Positions 37,155-50,967 of a stretch of DNA of 64,000 nucleotides are shown in pieces. The notes beneath the pieces were generated by a model, which had not been told where the DNA came from, searched no databases, and worked only from the letters and a program-made list of their open reading frames with translations. The DNA comes from Octopus sinensis (Eukaryota), in contig NC_043006.1 in NCBI RefSeq assembly GCF_006345805.1, positions 1,550,001-1,614,000 on the forward strand. The letters are read 5' to 3'. The position numbers were made by a program, and so were the translations under genes. The stretch's first letter is position 1, and each line of letters starts with the position of its first letter.

Positions 37155-38420
37155 ATCATCATCATCATCATCGTCATTTAACGTCCACTTTCCATGCTGG
37201 CATGGGTTGGACAGTTTGACTGAGAGCTAATGTACCAGAAGGCTGCACCAGGCTCCAATCTGATGTGGATGCTCTTCCTAATGCCAACCTCTCGCAGAGT
37301 GTAGTGGATGCTTTTTATGTGCCACCAGCACGAGGGCCAGTCAGGTAGTACTGGCATCAACCATGCTCAAATGGTGCTTTTTACATACCACCGGCACAGG
37401 AACCAGTCAGGCGACACTAGCAAAAACCACGCTCGACTGGTGCTTTTTATGTGCCACCAGCACAAGGGCCAGTCAGGTGATGCTGGCAATGATCATGCTT
37501 GGACAGGGCTTTTTACGTGCCACTAGCACAGGAGCCAGTCAGGCGACACTGGCAATAATCACGCTCGAATGGTGCTTTTAACATGCCATTGGCATGGATG
37601 CCAATCAAGCGGTACTGTCATCGGCCACAACAATGACTTCACTTGCCTCAACAGGTCTTCACAAGCACAGTTTATTACCCAATGATTGAAGGGTACTCTT
37701 AAATGGGCTGGAAATGCTGCACTGCCATAGGTCACGGTTATGGTCTCACTTGGCTTGCCGGATCTTCTCAAGCACAGCATATCTCCAAAGGTCTCGGTCA
37801 CTTGTCATTGCCTCGGTTAGGCCCAATGTCTGAAGGTTGTGCTTCACCACCTCATACCAGGCTTTCCTGGGTCTAACTCTTCCACAGGTTCCCTCTACTG
37901 CTAGGGTGTGGCACTTTTTCACGCAGCTGTCCTCATTCATTTTCAATACATCTCTCTTTCACACCACATCTGATGCTTCTTGAGTCTAACATTTCTCTCA
38001 AGATGCTTACACTCTGTCGAGTATGCACACTGACATTACACATCCAGTGGAGCATACTAGCTTCATTCCTTGCAAGCTTACGCATGTCCTCAGCAGTCAC
38101 AGCCCATGTTTTACTGCCATGTAGCATAGCTGTTCACATACATCCGTCATACAGTCTACCTTTTATTCTGAGTGAGAGGCCTTTTGTCACCAGCAGAGGT
38201 AGGAGCTCTCTGAACTTTGCCCAGGCTATTCTTATTCTAGCAGCTACACTCTCAGAACATCCACCCCCACTACTAACTTGGTCACCTAGGTAACAGAAGC
38301 TATCAACTACTTGTAGATTTCTCCTTCTGGCATATGACGGAAGCTGTTTTCTGCACATTTTCAGTGTTTATTGCTCCTGAGCATTTGCCACACACAAAAA
38401 CTATCTTCCCAGTTAGCCTT
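37155..38420 (-). mobile_element. RTE LINE 3' portion (RT C-terminus + 3' UTR subrepeats + GAT tail)
   Basis: VVDSFCYLGD..ARIRIAWAKFRELLPLL, LHGSKTWAV, VEGTCGRVRPRKAW..DRDLWR. Confidence 0.88.
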
Positions 38421-38462
<42 letters not shown>

Positions 38463-39032
38463 CACACACACACGCACAATTACATGTGTACATATGGCTT
38501 ATGCATACACATTTATAATGATTAATCACACTCATATACAGGGTTTATTAAAAGAAACTTCTCAGATTCACTGTTCTTGATCAATATTTCAATAGCAAAC
38601 GCACAGTGTATACTGATCTGATTGACAATGGTAACTGAAAAAAATACATGAAAAAAGGGTAAATTATTAGCTATATAAAGACACCATTACTACCTGCCTA
38701 TCTTGGTTAGCACCTCATCAATGGCTATGTAAAATATGGGAGGTTTTTTCTGTCCCACCTGTACAAAAGAGATGCATTTTCAGATATATCAACGCAAACA
38801 TTAAGTCACTCATTTACAAATCCATAGATTATTTTGTTAGGGACCAGCTTCAGTTTTACAAAGGAAAACTTAAATAAATCTCAAAAGAATGTGTGCGTGT
38901 GTGTATATAATATAAAGATATATATATATAGTTTCTGATGTCTTTATATATTCTGTTAGTATATCATATGGAGTGCTGATTTGATATTCTCCTGGACGTT
39001 ATTTCCCTATACATTCTTATATATGATGGTGA

Positions 39033-39085
<53 letters not shown>

Positions 39086-40251
39086 CATTTGTTTTTATAT
39101 TCATTTTTTTCCATGCTAGCATGGGTCACATAATTCTTCCATGGTGGTTAAGATTATGTAAAGATCTGTTCTTCTTTCTGGTTTCACCCTGTTGCTTGTG
39201 GCCATGCTGGAGTATTGATATCATTTACATGAATTCATGGAATATGTTATTATCATTATTATTATTATTATTATTATGAAACGGTCTGACTCAGCTGTAT
39301 ATCATAAATTACAGTTGGTACTTTCATTCTTCAGCTGAGTTGTTTTAAATCATAAATATTTTGTATTCTTCTGTGTTTTCTGAAAGCAATTGATTGTCAT
39401 TTCCTGGGTTTCAGATTTATAATAATAATAATTATAATATTTTTACATTTTTTTAAAGTAAAATTTTTAAAAAATATATGGACCCTTGATAATTTGTTGA
39501 AATGAAAAGTTGATGTCTTCATTCTTTTCCCAAGGGTTTAGTAAGGTACAGAGGTTACAACCTCAAGTTTAAGAAAAAGGAAAAACAATTGTAAACTTGA
39601 TTCACTAAAATCTTGCCTCACACTATAATAATAATAATAATGCTGACCAGTTTGAGATTGGTGATGATGATGATGATAACAATAGGACGTTACAGATTGT
39701 AATTTTTCTGTATTTTGAAAAGCAGAAAATTCAGAACAATTGTGGTTTGATCTCTGTCTTAATTTAACCCCGATTTAAATGGTATTTCAACCATTGGTCA
39801 CATTTTATGTTAGTACATGAACATAGTTTATGTACTAACTTGTTTAAATTGTTAGCAAGCAATTCTTTGCATTGGCTGAAGTGTAAGCTTTAATAATTTT
39901 CTCAATAATAGATCAGCTAATATTTTGTGGATTTGTCTACTTAATTGGATTAATTCCAATCAAAGCAATCTCTAAATTGATCTCCTCATTTTAATGATCC
40001 ACTGGATTTCCAATTTGAGTTTGCTGTCATTGATTCACTGAGCAGACTTATAATGCACAGCTTTCTTTCTCTCAAGACAGTAAGGTGATTCACAGTAGAC
40101 CTTACATCATTATGATCCTTACGGGACATTGTTTCTCATTCCTCAATCTTTGTAAATAGTGGAGTTTCTTTGGAAGATAAAACAAAAAATACAAACAAAG
40201 CCTTTCTTTGAATATTCTTTTATTTAATTATATTTCTTGATCCTCAAGGGG

Positions 40252-40348
40252 AGAGTAGATGGTCGAGTTGACTAAGCACTAGACTAAATGCCATAAAATA
40301 TTTAGTTCTACCTACAGCAGTTCAGGGTTCAAATCCTTAATCCTGCCA
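40252..40348 (+). pseudogene. Degenerate tRNA-like sequence (tRNA pseudogene or isolated SINE head)
   Basis: A-box-like ATGGTCGAGTTGACTAAG, B-box GGTTCAAATCC, ends in TCCTGCCA; pairing is imperfect. Confidence 0.3.
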
Positions 40349-41504
40349 CAACAGTACCACTAATATAGTGAGGCCAGTTCAGATATCTAAAATAAAATTA
40401 ATACAAATCAGTAGCTATTGTCGATCCAGCTTTTTTATTTTTTTTTAGTTAATGAAATCCTTCAAAATTGACTTTATTGAATCTATATTTTGAAAGGAAA
40501 GCATTTTAGAACGTCTAGGGAAAGAGGATGTGTGTATGCATGCATCTGTGTGTGTGTGTGTGTGTGTATTTTGAAATTATTTGGGCAAAACTGACTTTCA
40601 GAATAGAAATCTAGTATTATTATTGTTGTTGTACAGGGTGTGGCAAAAACACCCTCAAATTCACCTCTTTTTGAAAAGCATCAACATGGTGTGCACCAAT
40701 CTAAAACATGATAGTAAAAAAAGAAAAAGAAATGGTAAAACAGCTTTAACTTCACTAGTGCCATAGAAAGGGCCATGTAAAATGTGGGAGCTCTTTTTCC
40801 GCCGCACTCTCGTATGTTCAACAGAAGTTTCTGGTAAGCTAGAACTGCAGCTAAATTTCAGTTTACAGTTCAAGTCCTTTTAATTCACTTCCATTGCCAA
40901 TGCACTTGAGAAAAAGTGTGGATATTATAACAATTACCACTTCCAAAATATAGGGTCTTTCCTCTCAACATTATCAGAAGAAATCCTAATTAGCTCAGGT
41001 GTAATTATATCTATTTCACAAGCCCTATAGGTATGAGCTTTTAAGAGGAATGCAGCTAATTCTAGCCATAGCTTTATTAAGGATTTATAAGGTAAAACTA
41101 AATTCATCCCAAAATGGTACTGATGTTTAAAAAAAATTGTTTTCTTTTCCATAACAATAAATAAACATAATTAAAAAGCATATCGATAAATAATCATGTA
41201 TTTATAACAGATTTTAATTTGATGTTAAAATAGTTCTGCTTTAATTGCTTTTATTAAAAAGAAAGTTGTTTAATTGCTGCTGTTCATTATTATTATCACT
41301 ATTATTATTAAAAAAAATATATTATTATCATATTTGTTTAATTGAACACTACTTATCTTCAAATAGCTGTGAGACGAGGTGTATAAACTTACTGTGCAAT
41401 ACACTATTTTATATATATATACATCCTTTCAGATATTGCTGGAGGGAAGAAGCTGTAAATAAAGATGTTATTCAAACTAATCCTGACTATTTACTTACTC
41501 TTTG

Positions 41505-41712
41505 CTCTTTTACTTGTTTCAGCCATTTGACTGCGGCCATGCTGGAGCACCGCCTTTTAGTCGAGCAAATCGACCCCGGGACTTATTCTTTGTAAGCCCA
41601 GTACTTATTCTATCGGTCTCTTTTGTCGAACCGCTAAGTGACGGGGACGTAAACACACCAGCATCGGTTGTCAAGCAATGCTAGGGGGACAAACACAGAC
41701 ACACAAACACAT

Positions 41713-41759
<47 letters not shown>

Positions 41760-41923
41760 TACGACAGGCTTCTTTCAGTTTCCATCTACCAAATCCACTC
41801 ACAAGGCATTGGTCGGCCTGGGGCTATAGCAGAAGACACTTGCCCAAGATGCCACGCAGTGGGACTGAACCTGGAACCATGTGGTTGGTTAGCAAGCTAC
41901 TTACCACACAGCCACTCCTGCGC
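41505..41923 (-). mobile_element. SINE family A, full length
   Basis: High similarity to other young copies. Confidence 0.85.
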
Positions 41924-42764
41924 TTGTTTGTTTGTTTGTTTTTTTTTTTAATGCTGATTTCATCCAATTTTGATGAGCTAGAGAGGTGCTGGCATGGTCA
42001 TGTGGTTAAGTTATTTTCCCAACCATTTGGTTTTGAGTTCAGTCCCACTCTGCCAGACCTTGGGCAAATATAACTCCAGGCCAACCAAAGTCTTGCAAAT
42101 GCATTTGGTCAACAGAAATTGGAAGAAGCTCATGAATGGATTTGGTTGATTGGAAACTGAAAGAAGCCAATTCTATGCATGTGTGTGTTTGTATCTCCTA
42201 CATTGCATAATAGTCGTAAATGAGCATCCCTGTCATGGGTGTCCTTCAGCTCCAGTCGTCCATGAAAATGTTCAACCATGGGAAAATATATCACCTTTCA
42301 TTGGAATTAGGTGATGATTGGCAATTAGAAGGGCATCCAGCTGTAGAGAATCCACCTTAATGGATCCAGTGTTACCCATGCTAGCATGGAAGAGTGGTCA
42401 TTAAGACACTGTTGAGGATTAAAGCTTAATGGAGCAAAATTGTTTCCCTCATCTTCACGTGTGTTCCACTTGAGGCTTGTAAAAAGAGGTTCATTCATAC
42501 AGAATCTTTTGTTTCTAGTTCTCTATTTAAATATGTCCAGCCTGTTTGTTGCTCCACAGACTGGGAGAATATTTCCTCCTTTCAGAAACAAATACAGGCT
42601 AGTGACTGGAAGAGCATCCAGTCATAGAAAACTCTGCCCTGACACTCTCCTATCTGACCAATGCAAAGATGGGACGTAGACATTAAATTGATGATTATGG
42701 GTTGATCCACATTAGCCCTGGTTGAGCAGAGACAAGGTATGTATGTAGCCAGTTGAATGTAAAA

Positions 42765-43129
42765 ATGTATACGGTAACGTCCTTTATTATTATTATTGTA
42801 TATATAACATAATGCAAACGTGTAGCTTTTTTGTGCATTTTGTTTGCAGAAAATAAAGAAATAACAGTAATAACGTTTAATAAATGTTGCTTACTGCAAG
42901 TTATGGATGGTTCTTTTATGACTTCATTGCTTCCAGGCTTAGCTTAAGTTATTTTCGCGCCCGACATCACAAAATGCGTCTGAATAAATATTGCCAGACA
43001 GCAAATATATAGACTCAGACATTGCTTAGAAAATACTTTTCATTTTTAACCTCATATATAGTACGCACTAGGGATTTTGACCTTTAAATTTTGGGGAAAA
43101 ATGTGGATTATACTCAAGGATTTACGGTA
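42765..43129. mobile_element. pogo/Tigger-like fragment (one terminus seen)
   Basis: Ends in GGATTATACTCAAGGATTTACGGTA, a terminus of the same style as 28302-28323. Confidence 0.4.
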
Positions 43130-43638
43130 TTAAAAACTTAACATTGTAAGTATTGAAAAATATCAGAAATGCTATCTTATGACACCTACAGATATGTAAT
43201 GTTTCATTATAAACAGCAATTTTGTAACTCAACCAGAACACCTCTGTTTGGTAATTCATTACAAACCATAATCCTAAGAAAGAAAAGTACTAAAATCCTT
43301 CTTCAGAATGTTTTCTTGTAAGTCTTCTCAGTCTCTTCTGCCATTTTCCTCAAATTCAAATGTGTCTGAGAAGGATTTTTTGGCTTATTTACTACGGGCT
43401 TCTCTCAGTTCCCATCTACCAAATCCTCTCACAGTGCTATAGTAGAAGACACTGGATCAGTTTGATTCCTGTAATTGACTTGCAGATGTCTCTGAATAGA
43501 AGTGCTGAGGTATGAATTGGGCTTTGGTGATTTCAGCATGGGATACTCTACACCGTAACCCTTCATTAGAGAATCTCTGTCCATAAAACTCTGTGCCTAC
43601 CTGCCTTTTAGTTCTTCCTTTGAGTCGTCATATGGTTT

Positions 43639-44027
43639 GGAGGCGCAATGGCCCAGTGGTTAGGGCAGCGGACTCGTGGTCATAGGATCACGGTTTCGAT
43701 TCCCAGACCAGGCGTTGTGAGTGTTTATTGAGCGAAAACACCTAAAAGCTCCACGAGGCTCCGGCAGGGGATGGTGGTGATCCCTGCTGTACTCTTTCAC
43801 CACAACTTTCTCTCACTCTTACTTCCTGTTTCTGTTGTACCTGTATTTCAAGGGGCCGGCCTTGTCACTCTCTGTGTCACGCTGAATATCCCCGGGAACT
43901 ACGTTAAGGGTACACGTGTCTGTGGAGTGCTCAGCCACTTACACGTTAATTTCACAAGCAAGCTGTTCCGTTGATTCGGATCAACCGGAACCCTCATCGT
44001 CGTAACCGACGGAGTGCTTCCATCATC
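43639..44027 (+). mobile_element. tRNA-derived SINE, family C, full length
   Basis: Matches 15346-15669 plus segments deleted there; TSD CATATGGTTT(G) on both sides. Confidence 0.88.
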
Positions 44028-44445
44028 CATATGGTTTGTTGTTTGGAGAATAACGTTGAGCCGTTTATAAACTACTCTGTTCCTTTGAAAGGGGATTCTC
44101 ACGTACCCGGCTGCACCAGATTCAATTACTTTGGTAAATCGCAAGAAAACCTTGCCTTCTTTACTGCGACTATCTATAATTATTTGTTGCCAGTTGAAGC
44201 ATCAGATCTGAGGAAGGCAGATTGAACTTTGAAAATTTCCTATCAGAATCGATCTAGATCCTTTTTTGGACAATACCCTTTACAAGTTTATTGGGAACAT
44301 TTAAAGTGTCAAAGAAAAATATAATGCTCTTACTATGTAGGCACCCAACAACCATTCTTCTAATATAATGGATCTAGCTACGGATACAAATGTATATAAA
44401 TAATAGTATATACATACACACATATAAAAAATATGCATATGCACG

Positions 44446-45430
44446 TGTAGCATAGCTACGTGATATCCTCACTGTTTGAGAGATGTATTAGAAATGATCT
44501 CGTGTTAGATAGCAACCATCTTCGGCTATTTTGACCCTGTTGTGTCCACTGCTCTGATTGGTTGACATTGGCGCAGTTTGTCTCTTGACTTCGGATAATG
44601 TCCCATGACACAGTCTTTTTGGGTTCTCACTGGAGCCTTTAGCAGGTTATAAAAGTCGCCAGCAAATCACTATTTCTCATCTTAGGTTCTAGTCCTGTTC
44701 AGGACTAACCTCTGACCACAGAGCAACTCAACCATGTTCCAGCGACTCAGCCAGTTCCAGCGACAGATGACCAGACCAGACCAGCCAGCCATATTCCTGC
44801 TCTAGCCAACGAAGGTGCTAACATACACCAGCAACGCAGGACGTTTCCACCACCGACGCCTTCATCACGACGACGCCATCACCATCGTCGTCCTTCGACT
44901 TCACTACGTTTCCGTCTTGGTCACCTTCATCTCCAGCAACACCAATACGTACACAGCACTCACTCAGGTTTAGCTTTCATGCTGTTGTGATTTTCACCAA
45001 GGCTAACAGCACAGCACTACCTGCAAGAATTCCTGTATCAAGAGACCTGGCACAGCATTGAATCCAACAACCGCTACACGACTTGTGTTCAACCGGCATC
45101 TGCACTTGTGACCACCAAGCTCCTTGTTACGCAACTATTACGATTGTGTATCTTACGAACTGGTATTTATCTCCATCTTGTCTAACATATCCTGAGAGAC
45201 TCATTTTATGCTCTGTATTGTATTTTGTTTTGCCTGCATACACCTTGTTTGTACTTCTGTTGCACACATGAATACATAGACACAAACACTTGTCATGTGC
45301 ACATAGACACTCCACTTTGCTAGCACCCATACTTTATCTTATTGTACACATCTGTAAATAGATTCTTCTCTCTCAAACAGCAGAACGGTTGTCATCCTCC
45401 TTATTCCTTTTCGCACTTATTCTTTTATAC
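44446..45430 (+). mobile_element. LTR-like unit 1 (solo LTR candidate)
   Basis: Starts TGTAGCA; ATTGG box, TATAAAA at about 44648; patchy colinear similarity to unit 2. Confidence 0.5.
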
Positions 45431-46505
45431 TGTAGCAATATCGTCTCTCATTGCTATCTTCACTGTTTGAGAAGAGTATTAAGAATGACCTCGGTCGAGA
45501 TTACAAACAGCTTTGGCTAGTTTAACATTGTTGTAAACACTAATTCGATTGGCTGACACGTTGGTCTCTACTACGCTCGCACCGCTGGTTATAACTTGGC
45601 GCAAAATGTCTCGACTTATTTTCGCGCCATAGTCCAAGCAGCCAATCACAGCTTTCCATTTCTGAAGTTCACTGGGAGCCTGGTGAAGCTTATAAAACAA
45701 GGTTTCTCAGAAAATATATTCGTCTTAGGTTTCCAGTCCTTCTCAGGGCGAACCTCTGACCACACAGAGCTCTTCTTAGGCTTTTAGTTCTTTTAAGAGC
45801 TAAGTCTCTGACCACACAGAGAATACTCGACCAAGTTCCAGTTTTCGAGGCAAGCGACCACCATTAATACAAGATGTTACAGATACCTCTCATACTGTTA
45901 GTGTGAAAAATCACCATGAAGAAAACGGTTACAAGATATCTATAACTAGAGAAACATAACCAAGCAGAACATATAATGAAGAAGCAGCAAGAACCAATCG
46001 ACAAACATCGAAGATTTAAATTGTACACGAGACAACTACCGATTCAACTATAGCGGTTAGGTGAAATTCTCGCCACGAAGAAAACGGCTACAGTAACATG
46101 TCTGGAAGTATATTCATATCAAGAGAAAGATAAACACAACGAGTGGTTCAATTAATCTCAACTGCGACACGCAATATCTTGATATGGAAGTCTGACAGTG
46201 TACCTCATAAACGGTAAATCAATTATCTGTTTCTTGGGTTCTAGTTTCTTCTAAGAACTACCTTAAGCCATCTGTTATTACCTGTTGCCAAGCCGATACC
46301 AACAACATTAACTGTGAATCAAATCCCATCGACAATTCACTGGTCAGTACCTTTTTACGCCTAACGAACACACAGACACAAAAACATGCGAACACTTACA
46401 AACTTCCAACATCAAGCATGATTGTAAAATATGTAAAATAAATAATGTATATATCTTAAAAAGAAATCTTGTTGTCATTCCAAACTTATGTGTATTGCCG
46501 CTGCA
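45431..46505 (+). mobile_element. LTR-like unit 2 (solo LTR candidate)
   Basis: TGTAGC...GCTGCA termini, ATTGG/CCAAT boxes, TATAAAA at about 45691, AATAAA near 46437. Confidence 0.55.
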
Positions 46506-47044
46506 TGTAAAAGATAGTCAGTAAAATATATTAATAAGAATAGGATCATTACTATTTTTATAATACCATATATTTTGGCTTATTCTTTGTAGGGCGACCG
46601 TGCGACATTTAAAAGGAGGCATTTCTGTATCCAACTCCTTATGTACGGTCGTTTTCCCTACACACGCACACACAAAACCACGCAGCTCACTCTGGTTATG
46701 TTACTGCATGTATTATGTAGTAAGTTCCGTGTGTGATGGTATGGATGCAAACAAGTAGTGTATTGTAAATATGGGGTGGTTATGCGCAATGTGTAAGCAG
46801 TGTTTCTCAAATTTCGAAAAACGGTAATTTTTTTTTTCATTTTTACATGATCCCTTGTATTTTTTTATTCCATGTATCATGGTTAGAGAAATAAATTCAT
46901 AAATACGGTGTTGAATATGATTTCACTATGGAAAAAGTTAAGGGTGATTTAGCTGTTGTTTTTAGCACATCTTACGACCATCTGATACCTTCTTTGTTTA
47001 ATATTTTTCTCCCCAAAAGCACATTTCAGTTATGGGAAAATGAG

Positions 47045-47275
47045 TACTACTTGAGAACAGTGGTCCCGGTGCGCGCACTCGCGCTAGCTAGTCGTGACTA
47101 GTCGATCCTACAACGACTTCCTAGCAAAGTAAATAAAACACAAAATAAATAATTTTTTTCCCACAAAGTAAATAAAACACAAAAACACACAGTAAGGATC
47201 GACTAGTCATGGCTAGCTAGCGCGGATGCGCGAGTACGCGAGTGCGCGCACCGGGACCACTGTTGTCAAGTAGTA
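47045..47275. mobile_element. CpG-rich MITE with long TIRs
   Basis: TACTACTTGAGAACAGTGGTCCCGGTGCGCGCACTCGCG ... CGCGAGTGCGCGCACCGGGACCACTGTTGTCAAGTAGTA. Confidence 0.8.
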
Positions 47276-48002
47276 CCGCCTGGCTTGTACACCTCCATAA
47301 TATTTTAAAACGGTAAGGCAGCGAGCTAACATAACGCAATGGGGGAAATGCTTGCAGGCATTTCAAATTCCACCGAGGTCGACCTTTGCCTTTCAGCCTT
47401 TCAAAGTCAATAAAATAGGCACCTGTTGAGCCCTGGAATCGATGCAATCGACTTAACCCGTTCCCTAACTTGCTGGCCTTGTGCCAAAATTCGAAATCAC
47501 CTTCCCAGATGATAATATAACTTAACAGAGGTCAACAGTTTCTGACACGCTGCTGCTGCTTCATTATAGATTCCATGACTCATTGAATTTCAGGAAAGAA
47601 GGAATGACAAAAGAAAAGTTTATTTATTTTCGTTAAAGGAAGTAAACAAACTCGTTACTTTTATATTTCTGCCGAAACTACTTTCTCTCGTAGTCAACCT
47701 ATCGTGTCATGGCATAATCCGACCTTGCGTCATTAAATGTGACAATTCTTTCATTAAATTCAAGTGACATTTAAAAACAATTCTGGCTATTTTCTATAAC
47801 CGTATATACAACCATGGTTTCGTTTTTTATTTACTCTGCCGCTCAAGGCATAAAAACATTTCCAAAACACTTTGCCGAAACTTGCTTTAAACAACAGGTG
47901 TAATAAACTCGCTTTAAATGTCAGGTGTAATAAATCCGACGTGTTTCCGCGTCGTCTTTGCCTACTATATGTCATTCACATACTGAAGCTACGATTAAAA
48001 AA

Positions 48003-48376
48003 TCTATATATATATAAAGCTGAAGTTGTCTGTGTATGGCAGGTTTTGGTAGCCTGAGACCCTGCGGCGCAAGTTGACCAAAATTGAGAGTATGATAGAA
48101 GAAGGCTTGCTCTTCCTTCCGTAGAAGAAAAAAATCAAGTCGGACAATGTTAACACCAAAAATTATTTACATCAAAAAGGTGCTTTTTTTTTCTATGAAA
48201 ATCCCTATTATTTACGATTTTTTGACTGCTGTGTTGCCATTTTTCGGTGTATTTCAACCAGAAAAATGTTCACTTAAAGAGAATAACAAGCTACATAATG
48301 CAAAATATTTACTTTTCAAAAATTCCAATTCTAAAGGGTCGAAACAAGCCCGAGCAACGCTGGGCTATACTGCTAG
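48003..48376 (+). mobile_element. Non-autonomous Helitron
   Basis: A|TCTATATA start, hairpin GCCCGAGCAACGCTGGGC, CTAG|T end, no TSD; second copy at 24095-24484. Confidence 0.8.
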
Positions 48377-49052
48377 TCTATATATGTATATATATATTTA
48401 TCCAAATGCCTGACAATGGAATTGGGATTAGGGCTTCCTGAGCATCGTGAGGGTCCATATAAGATTTTTAGGGGCCTACGCAACAAAATAGTAAATCGGG
48501 GACCCACAATAGTATTTCAAGGGCCCCTAAAATAATTTTGCTTTAAATGTATGCATTGGTATGTATTGAAAGAAACAGTTAAGTTTCTTTTTCTAACATT
48601 GTACATAGTTCAACCTACACAAACTAGTGAGTGAAAAACAAAACAGGAATTTTGAAAGAAGTCTCTATAAAACCAGTTTTTAACCCCCGAATAGCTGTGG
48701 GAGTCCACCAGAATAAAATAGTAATGAAAGGGTTTCATAGATTTTTAAAAAATGGTTGAGAACCCTTGATCTTGAACAATGTAACTGAATTCAAGCTTGA
48801 GTTTTTATTTTGCTACACCTATTTACATTATTTATTCGAAACTTGTATAAAGAAGTAAATAGCTGCAAATATAGATACATCCGCATTTAACTAATACAAA
48901 CGCATAGTGGACAGGTATAGCAATAAAACGTAAATACATGCGCAATTTCACCCACCTGGTGAAGTCACTGCCCTAGTTTTATCGATGTGTGTCAATAGAT
49001 AGATAACAGTTACTGACGAGGAAGATATATATATGTATATTCTTAAAACCCC

Positions 49053-49119
49053 ATGATGGGAAAACCGATATACTTCGCGCTCTTTGAATTCTGTGCCATT
49101 TTACCTGTAATCGTTAATG
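49053..49119 (+). CDS. Ly6/uPAR-like gene, exon 1 (signal peptide)
   Basis: MMGKPIYFALFEFCAILPVIVN-G|GTGAGA; phase-1 donor matches the phase of the next exon; lies in unique sequence. Confidence 0.65.
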
Positions 49120-49849
49120 GTGAGAAACTATGAGTATTTCCTTATTCTTCTCTCAATTTTATTAGATAATGTTTAATTGATAATGCATACTGAATAAGAA
49201 GCTTTTTATATTTTAACTATTTGACAAGGACCCACCTAACTGACCTGCTTTCAAGCGTTTAGAATAATGTAACCGAATTCCAGCTTGCATTTTTGTTTTA
49301 TAAACCTTTTTACTATTATTATTATTTCTTTATTCATATTATTCGATTTATTCTTATTATCGATACTGTCATGTGAGACTTTGGCTGGTGTTTTGGATTT
49401 CCATATACTACAATTAATATTAAGCCTAGCTTCAGTCATAATTATAAAACGGAATTAAACCAGAGGGGCTTTTCTCTTTTGCTGTAAATGTCAGGCCATA
49501 TCGCAACATGTATAAATGTGCATATATTTACATACCTGCATAAATGATTCACAGCTAACTCGAATTACAGGATTTCGCGTATATAGAGATTGTAAAGTAT
49601 GGTCACAAATTTCGAGATACGGTCTGAAATTTCGTGCTTATGTTTTAGTAATTTAAAAACTACACTTTCCTCTTAGCCAAAAGCCCACTTCTTTGCATTT
49701 TACCTATGATCAAAGTATATATAACAATTTTAAAACCTGTAATCACGATACATGTTTATGGTTGTATGTATGAAATCTAACTTTTTCATTGTTTTACGAG
49801 TTTGTGTTTATTTTCTCGTGTTACGAGTATCTCTCTATCTCTCTCATGT

Positions 49850-50590
49850 GTGTGAAGAGACAGGGAGAGTAATGTTGCTGGTGTGCAAGAGAGACGACGG
49901 CGCTGGTATGGTCGTGCGTTGCGTATGGATGAGGACAGCTATGTGAAAAAGTGTCATACCCTAGCAGTTGAGGGAACCCGTGGAAGAGGTAGACCCTGGA
50001 AGACCTGGGATGAGGTCGTGAAGCTCGACCTTTGAACATTGGGCTTCACCAAGGCAGTGACTAGTGACCAAGACCTTTGGAGATATACTGTGCTTGAGAA
50101 GACCCGGCAAGCCAAGTGAGACCATAGACTTTGCTTGCGAAAACCTGTTGAGGTGAGTGAAATCAAAATCACTGGCGTGGCCGATGACAGTACCGCCTGA
50201 TTGGCACCCGGGCCACTCGAACGTTAAAATCACCATCCAAGCGTGATCGTTGCCAGGGCCGCTGACTGGCTCTCGTGCCAGTGGAACGCTAAAATAACCA
50301 TCCAAGCGTGATCGTTGCCAGGGCCGCTGACTGGCTCCCGAACCGGTGGCACGTAAAAAGCACCATTCAAGCGCGATCGTTGCCAGCGTCGCCTTAATGA
50401 CACGTGAAAAACAACATTCGAGCGTGGTTGATGCTAGTACCACCTGACTGGCACCCATGCCAGTGGCATGTTAAAAAAGCACCCCTTACACTCTAGGAGT
50501 GGTTGGCATTAGGAAGGGCATCCACCTGTAGAAATTTTGCCAGATCAGATTGGAGCATGGAAAGCGGACGTTAAACGACGATGATGATTA
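49850..50590 (+). mobile_element. RTE LINE 3' portion
   Basis: RRRRWYGRALRMDEDSYVKKCHTLAVEGTRGRGRPWKTW followed by subrepeats and GAT tail. Confidence 0.85.
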
Positions 50591-50616
50591 TATATATATA
50601 TATATATATATATATA

Positions 50617-50930
50617 CTAGCATTAAAGACCCGTCGTTGCCGGGTCATAATGCTAGTGCATGTATATATGTGTATATATATGTGTACATATTACATGTAC
50701 ACATAAAATACACAATACAAAGTGGTACTAGTAGCGTAGACTGGACCCGGTTCGCGCACACGCGCAAACTGGGTCCAGTCTACGCTACTAGTAGTACTTA
50801 TATATGTGTGTGTATGTATGTATAAATATACATTTATGCTTCTATGTATGTATAAATATACACACACACGCATGCACACATATCAATTCTTCCTCTTCCC
50901 GCAAACTCCAAAAGAACCTACCTCATACAA

Positions 50931-50967
<37 letters not shown>

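Noticed and set aside
33780-40200. Possible extra gene or very long KLHL18 3' UTR in the unique stretches
   Set aside because: No exon-like ORFs with recognisable motifs; UTR extent cannot be judged without transcript data.
50170-50470. Regularly spaced repeats resembling a CRISPR array
   Set aside because: Degenerate tandem units without unique spacers, part of the RTE 3' UTR in a eukaryotic genome; no cas genes.
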